Positions 46,434 through 54,672 of a stretch of DNA of 64,000 nt are shown in pieces. The stretch is from Staphylococcus phage vB_Sau_S24, in sequence record KY794643.1; one strand, written 5' to 3'. Position 1 is the first letter of the stretch. Every line of letters starts with the position of its first letter. Made by a program: the position numbers and the translations under genes. Under the pieces are notes generated by a model. That model was not told where the DNA came from, ran no database searches, and saw only the letters and a program-made list of their open reading frames with translations.

Positions 46434-46697
46434 ATGAAAGTAAAACAACTTAACAATGCCAAGGAACTATACGAAAATTTATTTGCTATCGAATATGATA
46501 GCACTATCGAGGAAGATTGGACGATAGATAATGAATCACTAGAAGCGGAATTATTTTTAGGGTTATCAGATGAGGGCAAAAAGGTTTATGCAATGAGTCA
46601 AGCCAAGCAGTGGGCTAATACTGTTATGGATATGGAAGAAGAGGAATATAGAAGACTTTACGGAAATGATTTAGATTATATTTTAGAGGAGATGTAA
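46434..46697 (+). CDS. LTR early-type gene, hypothetical (87 aa)
   Basis: RBS TTAGGAGATG precedes ATG 46434. Confidence 0.5.
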   Translation: MKVKQLNNAKELYENLFAIEYDSTIEEDWTIDNESLEAELFLGLSDEGKKVYAMSQAKQWANTVMDMEEEEYRRLYGNDLDYILEEM

Positions 46698-46700
46698 ATA

Positions 46701-46874
46701 ATGAACACAAGAAGGGTAAACAAAGCGTTAGACGAAGCAGTTAGATTATTAGATAAGCAAATAGCAGACACACAGAAGACAATGCAGGAGCTAAACAAAC
46801 AACTGGAACAACAAATAAAGGCTAAGCAGGAGCTAATGACACTAGTGGATGCTATGACTGGTGATGATGATTAA
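46701..46874 (+). CDS. small coiled-coil protein (57 aa; below the track cutoff)
   Basis: RBS AGAGGAGATGTAAATA precedes the ATG. Its stop overlaps the next ATG (TAATG). Confidence 0.45.
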   Translation: MNTRRVNKALDEAVRLLDKQIADTQKTMQELNKQLEQQIKAKQELMTLVDAMTGDDD

Positions 46875-47143
46875 TGAACATTAAAGAGGTGCATAATGTT
46901 GTTAAGAGTGCAAAGAGCAAGCTCTTGCAGGAGCAGGAGCACATATCAAATCATGTTATTGAAGACTACATCACAGAGGAGCTACACAGACGCACGCAGG
47001 GAAGCGGAACAATACAGATGAACAATAACACCGCTTCATATAGTAATGACTCATATGGTAGCTTAAAAGAGCTTAGAGAAGCTTATGACCTATCTTCGTT
47101 ATCTACTGGTGAGATTAAAGAGCTGATAAAAACATTTGTTTAA
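46874..47143 (+). CDS. LTR early-type gene, hypothetical (89 aa)
   Basis: Translationally coupled ORF. Confidence 0.5.
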   Translation: MNIKEVHNVVKSAKSKLLQEQEHISNHVIEDYITEELHRRTQGSGTIQMNNNTASYSNDSYGSLKELREAYDLSSLSTGEIKELIKTFV

Positions 47144-47238
47144 ATTTATTTAAAAAAGTTTAGTCAAAACACTTTACAACTATTTAATTTGTATGTTACA
47201 ATGAACTTAACAAATTAAAAGAAAAGGAAATGATACAA

Positions 47239-47460
47239 ATGAGAGACTTACAAGAGAGAAAAAGAGAATTAAAAACATTACTATTTAACTTAGCTATAGA
47301 GAAGAACAGAGCAACTGATGAACAGTTAAGAGAGGTATTAGAACAATCTCATCAAGAGGTGATGAATCAATTAAATAAAGTAAGAAAAGAAATTGAAATT
47401 TTAGTCGAAGAGAAAGAAAGAGAATTTTGGAACGATTTCGATTTTAATGGATTAGATTAA
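47239..47460 (+). CDS. LTR early-type gene, hypothetical coiled-coil protein (73 aa)
   Basis: RBS GAAAAGGAAATGATACAA precedes the ATG. Terminator GAGGGCAAACGCCCTTC followed by TTTATTTTTG downstream. Confidence 0.5.
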   Translation: MRDLQERKRELKTLLFNLAIEKNRATDEQLREVLEQSHQEVMNQLNKVRKEIEILVEEKEREFWNDFDFNGLD

Positions 47461-47519
47461 GAGGAGGGCAAACGCCCTTCTTTATTTTTGTCTTATTATA
47501 TAATTTTTTTATATTATAC

Positions 47520-47585
47520 GGGGGCAGGGGTAAAATGCCACTCAAAGGGGGTGGGTCTATATACCCCTACCCTCTACCCAGGTAC
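47520..47585. other. G-run/C-run island (GGGGGCAGGGG..GGGGGTGGG..CCCCTACCCTCTACCC) in otherwise AT-rich DNA
   Basis: Read directly from the sequence; could form a G-quadruplex or i-motif. Confidence 0.6.
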
Positions 47586-47599
47586 TTATTTTTTGGGGA

Positions 47600-47725
47600 A
47601 AATTATGAAAATAAATATTTAAAAGTCAACACCATTATAATAAGTCAACATTATAACCCTACCCTGTCAGTCAACAATTTATAGTATAAATAAGAAGCCC
47701 TTAAATATAAAGTCAACATATCTAA
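47600..47725. repeat. four direct copies of AAGTCAACA spaced 25-42 bp apart; candidate right LTR boundary, packaging or initiation site
   Basis: AAAGTCAACACC.. / AAGTCAACATTA.. / CAGTCAACAATT.. / AAGTCAACATATC. Each copy reads as a TTGACT -35-like box on the - strand. Confidence 0.6.
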
Positions 47726-47727
47726 AA

Positions 47728-47762
47728 TAAAAAAGAGGAGGTATATTCCCCCCCTCCTCTCT
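47728..47762. terminator. bidirectional terminator hairpin (AGAGGAGG-tatatt-CCCCCCCTCCTCT) that ends the - strand left-arm transcript
   Basis: On the - strand the hairpin is followed by TTTTTTATTTT. Confidence 0.65.
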
Positions 47763-47765
47763 TAC

Positions 47766-48056
47766 CTATACAAGTAATCTTCTATTATCTAGTTCCTGTT
47801 CAACGACATTCAAGTGTTCCCAAACCTCAATCCAGTTTACTCTTGAATCATCATGATAAAGGTGGTAGTCTTGAGGGTTTTCTAAATACTCCTCTAGCTC
47901 GTCAAAGTATAGAACCTCAAAAGCTGTGTCGTCTAAACCTAGTTGAATCTTTAGTATATCCTTATACCCTAATTGTTTATCTCCTATATAAGCTGTGTCC
48001 TCTAATCTCTTCTCTAGTTTATTAAATAATGTTTGTACGCCTTGTAATTCATTCAT
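47766..48056 (-). CDS. hypothetical protein (96 aa)
   Basis: RBS AAGGAGGAATTAATT on the - strand. Confidence 0.5.
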   Translation of the reverse strand: MNELQGVQTLFNKLEKRLEDTAYIGDKQLGYKDILKIQLGLDDTAFEVLYFDELEEYLENPQDYHLYHDDSRVNWIEVWEHLNVVEQELDNRRLLV

Positions 48057-48146
48057 AATTAATTCCTCCTTATTGGTTATATACTTAGTATAAAGGATAG
48101 GAATTAGAATGTCAATAGTTTTATATAAAAAAAAAGAGAAAGAATA

Positions 48147-48395
48147 TTATTCTTCCTCTAAGGTATTATTAATAACTTCTAATTCATGAATAGTAATCAT
48201 ATCCATGCTATCGAATCCTCTTGGGTCTCCTTTAATGAACTCTTGTTCTCCTCTATAGGTAATCTCTTCTTTATACCCTTCTTCTTTAATACGTTTAATT
48301 AAGTTCTCCTTATTTGTATAAACTTCATCTTCTCTGAAATGGAAATTATCTTCATAGGGCTCACAATTATTATGTTCTACTTGATATAGTTTCAT
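48147..48395 (-). CDS. hypothetical protein (82 aa)
   Basis: RBS GAGGAGGATAACTA. Confidence 0.5.
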   Translation of the reverse strand: MKLYQVEHNNCEPYEDNFHFREDEVYTNKENLIKRIKEEGYKEEITYRGEQEFIKGDPRGFDSMDMITIHELEVINNTLEEE

Positions 48396-48410
48396 ATTAG
48401 TTATCCTCCT

Positions 48411-48656
48411 CTATTCTCTATAGTCATCATATATTTCTAGGTAAGGTGAAAATGGTGAGTCACCTCTAGTATTGATAATAACTTCACCTTCATGTTTACT
48501 TATCTCTGTGAGCTCTTCTAGGCTATTAATTTCTACACACCAACGTTCTAGTGTAAATGGATTACCTTTTTGGTCTACAAGTTCTAGTTTCTTTATATAG
48601 GCACCCTCTATAGGCTTTTTATTAATGGTGCTTGTTCTATCTATAAAAAATTCCAT
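48411..48656 (-). CDS. hypothetical protein (81 aa)
   Basis: RBS AAGGAGGAAAACTA. Confidence 0.5.
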   Translation of the reverse strand: MEFFIDRTSTINKKPIEGAYIKKLELVDQKGNPFTLERWCVEINSLEELTEISKHEGEVIINTRGDSPFSPYLEIYDDYRE

Positions 48657-49138
48657 TAGTTTTCCTCCTTATATTCTTTATAACTTTTAATAACAATCTT
48701 ACAGATACCTCTATTAACAGCTAAAAACAATAAAAATGATAACAGAGTTATAACTGCTCTAGTATCTCCTGTGAAAGGTAATACTTTAAATAGTAAAACA
48801 CTTTCTAAAACACTTGTAGCTGTGATAATTGTAAGATATAAGATAGATAATAAGTAATCCTTTAATTTTAGTTTAACAAAAGGTTTTTTATTATCTTGAG
48901 TTCTTACTATACCGTATAGAATTATAAACCATTCTACAGGTATGAGCATAGTTATAAAGTCATTATTTATGTCTAATGCATATAAACCATAAATGATACC
49001 TGCAGGAATACCAATAATGAATGCTAAAAATACAGAGAATATAATTAGCATTATAGGAAGAGCTACAAGGAATCCTAAGCCTTGTTTTGAGTACTCTAAT
49101 GTATTCTTTCCTAAGGATTTAAAGAATGTTTTACTCAT
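48656..49138 (-). CDS. membrane protein (160 aa, 4 TM)
   Basis: Hydrophobic helices; coupled ATGA. Confidence 0.55.
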   Translation of the reverse strand: MSKTFFKSLGKNTLEYSKQGLGFLVALPIMLIIFSVFLAFIIGIPAGIIYGLYALDINNDFITMLIPVEWFIILYGIVRTQDNKKPFVKLKLKDYLLSILYLTIITATSVLESVLLFKVLPFTGDTRAVITLLSFLLFLAVNRGICKIVIKSYKEYKEEN

Positions 49139-49559
49139 ATGATTCTTCCTCCTCTTCTATAGAATTACTTTCCGTAATAGTTACTTCTAGCATGTTATTG
49201 TAATACTCATTCTTTTGATTGATATTGTAGAAGTCGTTATATTCATTAAAGTCTACATAAGTGTATTCATTTGTATCATCATCATAAATAATATCTATAG
49301 CTGTAATATCTGAGTATGCTGTAATCATTTCATAAGCATCTGTATTATCCGGATAAGTAAAACCAACTTGAGGTATTTCTTTAGGGTTATCAATAAGGAT
49401 ACCAAAATAAGTACATCTACGTGTTCGACTTATGTGTGAAGTACCGTAGTAATCTATACCTTCTGTAATTCCATCTACATGGAACCTTTTTACATCTTTA
49501 GGTTCTAGTCTTACAACATCACAATTTTCTAATACTAAATCAATATATTTTATATTCAT
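49131..49559 (-). CDS. hypothetical protein (142 aa) with an acidic C-terminus
   Basis: RBS AAAGAGGAGAATTAAA. Confidence 0.5.
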   Translation of the reverse strand: MNIKYIDLVLENCDVVRLEPKDVKRFHVDGITEGIDYYGTSHISRTRRCTYFGILIDNPKEIPQVGFTYPDNTDAYEMITAYSDITAIDIIYDDDTNEYTYVDFNEYNDFYNINQKNEYYNNMLEVTITESNSIEEEEESYE

Positions 49560-49573
49560 TTTAATTCTCCTCT

Positions 49574-50068
49574 TTATTTAAACTTATTATATACGCAATG
49601 GACTCTAACATCTTCCATTACTTTACCTAATAGATTCTGACCTTTCCAGTTGCTTTTATCTAATATCTTAGGGTCATTTGCTTTAAGTCCTACGCCCCAT
49701 ATTTTATCATAAGGTGATGCTTCTACGAAGTCTTTACATAAATCTGTATCGAGTATTTCCCGTTTTAAGTGTGTAGTCATAAATTTATCTTTAACCACTT
49801 CTACCATAATGTCATATCTTACTTTATTCCATTGCTCTTCATTAAAATTACGAACTTTACGTCCTAAACTTTTAGCATGTTTCGGATTCTTAGCATTTAA
49901 TATTTCTCCTGCTATTTGCCAGTCTCTGAAATATTGAGCTTTACGCCACATAAAAGCTTGTTCTGAATTATTAAATGTTCTTCCTTTATGTTTAAACTTT
50001 ATAGGGTAAAAGTTAGAGTAAATATCTTCCTGACCCCAAAACATAATGTATCTTTTAGTCTCTCTCAT
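49574..50068 (-). CDS. NADAR (YbiA/DUF1768)-domain protein
   Basis: Conserved NADAR core (FWGQEDIYSNFYP...FNNSEQAFMWRKAQYF...WGVG). RBS AAAGGAGATAATAACA. Confidence 0.7.
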   Translation of the reverse strand: MRETKRYIMFWGQEDIYSNFYPIKFKHKGRTFNNSEQAFMWRKAQYFRDWQIAGEILNAKNPKHAKSLGRKVRNFNEEQWNKVRYDIMVEVVKDKFMTTHLKREILDTDLCKDFVEASPYDKIWGVGLKANDPKILDKSNWKGQNLLGKVMEDVRVHCVYNKFK

Positions 50069-50085
50069 TTGTTATTATCTCCTTT

Positions 50086-50793
50086 CTAATCCCCCAATTT
50101 AATAAGTGGTAAATCTATATCCCTAAATACAGCACCTACATCACATAACAACATATCATTATGTTCTTCTACTTCTCCGCTAATAGTGGGTGTGTGCCCG
50201 CATACGTGAATAAAGCCATCATTACGTGGTTGGAAATCTCTTGACCATAGTAGTTGGTATTTGGTTTGGTTTTTAGCAGGGTTCCAACTAACTCCACCTG
50301 AATGCGTAAACTCATATTTATCTTGCTTATATATAACAGCACAGTTATGCATTAGTATTTTAAACTTTCTATAGTCTTCAGACTCTTTGAATTCCCTAAT
50401 TTCTTCAACGAATTTATCGAAGTATTCTCTATAAAACTCATTTTGATTTAACTCAAAGCTCTTTAATGGTGTTGTGTCAATACCGTACGACTCTAGTGTT
50501 TCTATACAGTACCTTGCAAACCATTCAACATTATATATATCCAGTTTATCAATATTTTCTATACTATGCCAAAATGCATCATCATGATTTCCTAATAACG
50601 GTATAATGTCATCATCGTTTGAGACTCTTTCAAAAACGTAATTAACTACCTCTCTAGATTTATCCCCTCTATCAATATAATCTCCTAAAAATACTATAAC
50701 ATCTTCAGGTTGTCTTTCCTTGTCTATCTTATTCATAATTGTTATTAGTTTTTCATATTCTCCATGAATATCAGGTACTACGTATATAGCCAT
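50086..50793 (-). CDS. PP-lambda/PPP-family metallophosphoesterase (Ser/Thr phosphatase-like)
   Basis: Motifs DIHGE, GDYIDRGDKSREV, GNHD and GH. RBS AATAAGGAGGAGATTAA. Confidence 0.7.
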   Translation of the reverse strand: MAIYVVPDIHGEYEKLITIMNKIDKERQPEDVIVFLGDYIDRGDKSREVVNYVFERVSNDDDIIPLLGNHDDAFWHSIENIDKLDIYNVEWFARYCIETLESYGIDTTPLKSFELNQNEFYREYFDKFVEEIREFKESEDYRKFKILMHNCAVIYKQDKYEFTHSGGVSWNPAKNQTKYQLLWSRDFQPRNDGFIHVCGHTPTISGEVEEHNDMLLCDVGAVFRDIDLPLIKLGD

Positions 50794-50962
50794 TTAATCT
50801 CCTCCTTATTGTATATAACTATCTTACCATACTTATTTATAAAAGTCAATAAAAAAACACCTATTAATTAAAATAGGTGTAGAAAGAAATCCACATATAC
50901 TCAAGATATACTAGACTTCTCTAATTAATCATTATATATTTCGTTTTCTTATGTAATTATAG

Positions 50963-51039
50963 ATAATACTGGAAGGATTTGAACCTACGCCACAAAGACC
51001 GTGTCTCCTGCTCTACCAAACTGAGCTACATGTATTATC
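50963..51039 (-). tRNA. tRNA-like element 1 (D-arm TAGCTCAGTTTGGTAGAGC and T-arm GGTTCAAATCC present; 8-bp terminal helix GATAATAC/GTATTATC; anticodon arm not canonical). May be a divergent tRNA or a pseudo-tRNA.
   Basis: Reverse complement: GATAATACATGTAGCTCAGTTTGGTAGAGCAGGAGACACGGTCTTTGTGGCGTAGGTTCAAATCCTTCCAGTATTATC. I could not fold a standard anticodon stem. Confidence 0.35.
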
Positions 51040-51050
51040 TATTAATTTCA

Positions 51051-51143
51051 GTGGGAAAGTTGGTATCGAACCAACATTTTATCTCGGTGCATACCCAAGA
51101 CGTGTAGAGTATACCTCTCTACTGCCTACCTAAGGTTTCCCAC
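51051..51143 (-). tRNA. tRNA-like element 2 (93 nt; 7-bp acceptor-like helix TGGGAAA/TTTCCCA and a canonical T-arm GTTGG-TTCGATA-CCAAC; internal hairpins not canonical). May be a class II-like tRNA or a tRNA-like RNA; no CCA encoded.
   Basis: Reverse complement: GTGGGAAACCTTAGGTAGGCAGTAGAGAGGTATACTCTACACGTCTTGGGTATGCACCGAGATAAAATGTTGGTTCGATACCAACTTTCCCAC. Confidence 0.35.
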
Positions 51144-51562
51144 TATGTATTAGCTCACACCTACGTAAGGCAATGAGCTTAGTTATTTAGATACTGGAGT
51201 TGGAAGGGTATTACCACTCAGAATCAACAGCCAGATACAAAGCCTCTGCCGGGCAACATACGGTATCTCTCGTACATCAGGTTGACTAGACCTTTAGAGA
51301 TTTTCACTCCTTCTCTTATAACCAGTAACTTAAGAGAAATAGGATTTACTCAGTAGATATGAAACAATAAATCCACATACAATATTAAATCATAGTCAAG
51401 TAATTGCACATATGTCTAACACCTATAAGTTTTTTGCTAGCCTGGTATATGTATAACCGACCCTACCATAGGTCGGTTTATCCTCTAATTAGCGGTTAGA
51501 AGGACGTTTAAATGAATAATAACTACTTTACTATTACAGTATACCACAAAATATATACTGTG

Positions 51563-52108
51563 TCAAGTTAATTTATAAATAGAGTCTATAATTTTTTTAG
51601 TACTTCTTATATCTGCTTCTTTACTGTGCTTAAGTAAATATTCTAATTTCATTAAAAAAGATTTTTTTCTACTTTCTAAAGAATTCTGTTTGTTATCATA
51701 TTCTGAATACATCATAACATCTATAAATATATTATTTCTATCATGTGAAGGCATACTTATAGAGAAAGGTGAATCAAAGGTTATATCATCTTTATTAATA
51801 CTGAAATCTTCAGTAATATGTGAGTCATTTATTTTAGACACTTCAAAGTACCCATCAACTCTTTTAAGTTCTATAGTACTATTATATCTGTAGTAACGTT
51901 GTTCTTCTATTAATTTCTCTTTTGTTAGATAGGGATATTCATTGATAACTATGTCATTAGTAGTGTCGTAATTGTCTTTAATATATTCAGCATCTTCTAA
52001 TGAATAAGTATACCCTAAAACTTCATACTTTGTGTCAACTACAGTGTACTCCCAATGGTCATAGTCCTTTTCCTCTACTTCTTCTTCTATTATATAAATT
52101 TTTTCCAT
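51563..52108 (-). CDS. hypothetical protein (181 aa)
   Basis: ORF ending at a hairpin. Confidence 0.55.
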   Translation of the reverse strand: MEKIYIIEEEVEEKDYDHWEYTVVDTKYEVLGYTYSLEDAEYIKDNYDTTNDIVINEYPYLTKEKLIEEQRYYRYNSTIELKRVDGYFEVSKINDSHITEDFSINKDDITFDSPFSISMPSHDRNNIFIDVMMYSEYDNKQNSLESRKKSFLMKLEYLLKHSKEADIRSTKKIIDSIYKLT

Positions 52109-52111
52109 ATA

Positions 52112-52327
52112 TTACTCCTGAACACCGATAAGATTTTTAAGTTTGGCTATAACCTCTTCTTCTGTTTGGTAAGAAAAGACTCCTGTAATGTGTTCATAGT
52201 TACCTACAATCTCATAATAACCTTCATAATAATCTACTAAGTACGAGTTATTAAGTAAATTTAATCCTCCATCTCTATAACTAAAGTTAATGTTATAGTC
52301 CATTAAAAACGCTACAATATTTTTCAT
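52112..52327 (-). CDS. hypothetical protein (71 aa)
   Basis: Translationally coupled. Confidence 0.45.
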   Translation of the reverse strand: MKNIVAFLMDYNINFSYRDGGLNLLNNSYLVDYYEGYYEIVGNYEHITGVFSYQTEEEVIAKLKNLIGVQE

Positions 52328-53076
52328 TTATTTACCCCTCTTCCACTGTATTCTTTTGTAAGAAATTCTACAGTTTTATTTTTTAGAGATTCTTCAACTA
52401 AGCCCATTGCAACTCTATAATGTTGCATACTAGACTCATTTTCTTTTAACTTTCTTTTTACTTCATTGATAATAGGTTCTACTTTACTAACTAGGTCGTC
52501 TCTTTTTTCTAGACTTACGTTACTTCTTTTATTATCTAATACCTCTACTGGCATATGTTTTACTTTTGCAAAATCTTTATAACTGACTTGTAAGTTATCT
52601 AAATCATCTAATAGTTCATTATAATATTCTAAATGATTATAGAATGTATAGAATTTAACTAAGTCTTTACCTGTCAATTCCTTCTTTTTAAGAATACTAT
52701 TAATATTACCCATTACTGAGTAAGCTAAAGTTTTAAAATTAGCTCTCACATAAGTCAGAAATACAAAGTCATCATAGAATAAATCTAAAACTTCTTTATT
52801 AAATCTAGTATTTTTAGCCTGCTCTAATTGAGCACATAAGTTAAGAACATTATCAAATCCACTTTTTAGGATTAAACTTATAAACCTCTCTACAGCGTAG
52901 TATCTTGACACTTCTGTATGTTTACTTGATTTCTCATTATTACGAAAAACTGTATCTGATAAGGGTTGAACTACTAAGCTCATATAATCCCTATCTGAAT
53001 GTTCATCCGATGTTCCTTGATACGTACTACCAAATTCTATTTTCGATAATAAAACACATTTTTCTAAATTCATCAA
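52324..53076 (-). CDS. Pol-beta-superfamily nucleotidyltransferase (minimal NTase fold with a helical C-terminal domain)
   Basis: hG[GS]-x9/10-DxD signature (IEFGSTYQGTSDEHSDRDY). RBS AAAGGAGGATACATTG. Confidence 0.55.
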   Translation of the reverse strand: MMNLEKCVLLSKIEFGSTYQGTSDEHSDRDYMSLVVQPLSDTVFRNNEKSSKHTEVSRYYAVERFISLILKSGFDNVLNLCAQLEQAKNTRFNKEVLDLFYDDFVFLTYVRANFKTLAYSVMGNINSILKKKELTGKDLVKFYTFYNHLEYYNELLDDLDNLQVSYKDFAKVKHMPVEVLDNKRSNVSLEKRDDLVSKVEPIINEVKRKLKENESSMQHYRVAMGLVEESLKNKTVEFLTKEYSGRGVNK

Positions 53077-53209
53077 TGTATCCTCCTTTATTGTTAACTT
53101 AATTATACCATATCAATATCGTCTTGTCTATATTTAAAGTATTCATAAACTTTAAATAATATAACTCCTAGTGTTACTAATCCTAAAATATATTTCATAA
53201 CAATCCTCC

Positions 53210-53449
53210 TTAATAGCCATGTCTAGTTAACCATCCATCCATAGCCATAGCATACTCTTCTTCATTTTTAACTCTTATAATACTCTCAATCTCTTCTTTT
53301 GCTTGTCTAGAATCCATGAAATCAATATCTACTATATCTAAATTTGTGTAATCAATATTTTCTTTTATAAACTCTTTCTGTGATGATGTTATAGAATTAA
53401 CTCTTACATTTTCGTGATTTAAAAATTGATAGAAGTCCATATTATTCAC
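53210..53449 (-). CDS. hypothetical protein (79 aa)
   Basis: RBS AAGGAGGATTGTT. Confidence 0.45.
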   Translation of the reverse strand: MNNMDFYQFLNHENVRVNSITSSQKEFIKENIDYTNLDIVDIDFMDSRQAKEEIESIIRVKNEEEYAMAMDGWLTRHGY

Positions 53450-53828
53450 CTTCTTTTAAACAGTCTGCCATATCTTTTAAAGTATTAAGTACATATTTCA
53501 AATCTCTATAGTGGTCGTCAGAAGAATAAATAGTATAGTAAGGTATCATATCACTATAATGGGCACAATCAAATCCCAATACTATGTAATCACCTTCTTG
53601 CTCATCATACGTAATACCTCCATGAGAAAAGTTTTCTATAGCATTAAACTTCTCTTCAGTTATGTCGGTAGGTACATTAATATACCCATTCAAATGCCCC
53701 ATGTCAGGGTGACGCTTAACCGTTAATTCTATACCTCTATAATCTATATTTAAAGTTAAGTCCTCTCCTAATATATTATCCTCTTTGGCTATAGTTTTCA
53801 TAACATGTTCCGGTGCTTTTTCAAACAT
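53442..53828 (-). CDS. hypothetical protein (128 aa)
   Basis: RBS AAAGGAGGTATACATT. The - strand promoter TTGACAAAAC..TATAGT lies upstream. Confidence 0.5.
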   Translation of the reverse strand: MFEKAPEHVMKTIAKEDNILGEDLTLNIDYRGIELTVKRHPDMGHLNGYINVPTDITEEKFNAIENFSHGGITYDEQEGDYIVLGFDCAHYSDMIPYYTIYSSDDHYRDLKYVLNTLKDMADCLKEGE

Positions 53829-53888
53829 AATGTATACCTCCTTTTATTTATAATTCTACTATACACTATTTTTTATGTTTTGTCAACA

Positions 53889-53918
53889 AAAAAAAGGCTA
53901 CTAATTAAAGTAGCCTTA
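53889..53918. terminator. bidirectional terminator hairpin AAGGCTACT-aattaa-AGTAGCCTT flanked by A/T runs
   Basis: Read directly from the sequence. Confidence 0.65.
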
Positions 53919-53926
53919 AAAATTAA

Positions 53927-54100
53927 TTACTTAACCTTATATTTCCATTGCCAGTAACCATTTTTCTGTGAGAACTCAAAGTGAAAACCGTCATAGTCAA
54001 ATTCAATATTATAGTCCCCATCTTGAAGCGGTTTTGAATTTAGTACAGGACTATTACTCTTTGCCAATTCTGCTAGAAACTCATGATTTACTTTTTCCAT
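53927..54100 (-). CDS. small hypothetical protein (57 aa; below the track cutoff)
   Basis: RBS CTAGGAGGAATAAACC precedes ATG 54100. Confidence 0.4.
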   Translation of the reverse strand: MEKVNHEFLAELAKSNSPVLNSKPLQDGDYNIEFDYDGFHFEFSQKNGYWQWKYKVK

Positions 54101-54140
54101 ATGGTTTATTCCTCCTAGTTATTCTTACAGTATTAATATA

Positions 54141-54623
54141 TCACAGGTCTTTTTCTAGGTCGGTTTTAAACTTCTCCTCATATGAGCTAGCATAAGTTAC
54201 TTCATACCCTATTATCTTAGTATAATCTATACATAGTAATTTGTAATTGGACTTTATTTTAATGTCTTCTGCTTGTTCTATTTTGTTGATAATTTCATCT
54301 AGTTCATCTGAAGAATAGTGTTCATTATCTACCTTTATTGTTTTTCCTTGGGTATAGATATCAATTTCTTGTATCATCATTTCATCCTTTTGATTATTCA
54401 TTATTTGGTTATACGTTTCTAAATCATCAATGTTATCTGTATCTGAACCTTTCACTAACCACTCTCCCCTCTTCTTAAGGAGGTCGTCAAACTTCTCACG
54501 CTCTTTAATTATCTTTTCTACTTCACTCGGTATCAAAACAGCCCTAGCGTAGTTTATATGCCACATAGACATATTATCAACAAGATAATTAACCATTCTT
54601 ATAAGTTCCTTCTCGTTTGCCAT
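54141..54623 (-). CDS. hypothetical protein (160 aa)
   Basis: RBS TAAGGAGGTTGGTAT. Confidence 0.5.
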   Translation of the reverse strand: MANEKELIRMVNYLVDNMSMWHINYARAVLIPSEVEKIIKEREKFDDLLKKRGEWLVKGSDTDNIDDLETYNQIMNNQKDEMMIQEIDIYTQGKTIKVDNEHYSSDELDEIINKIEQAEDIKIKSNYKLLCIDYTKIIGYEVTYASSYEEKFKTDLEKDL

Positions 54624-54672
54624 ATACCAACCTCCTTATATCTAATACTAATATAAGAGAAAAGCAGACCTA

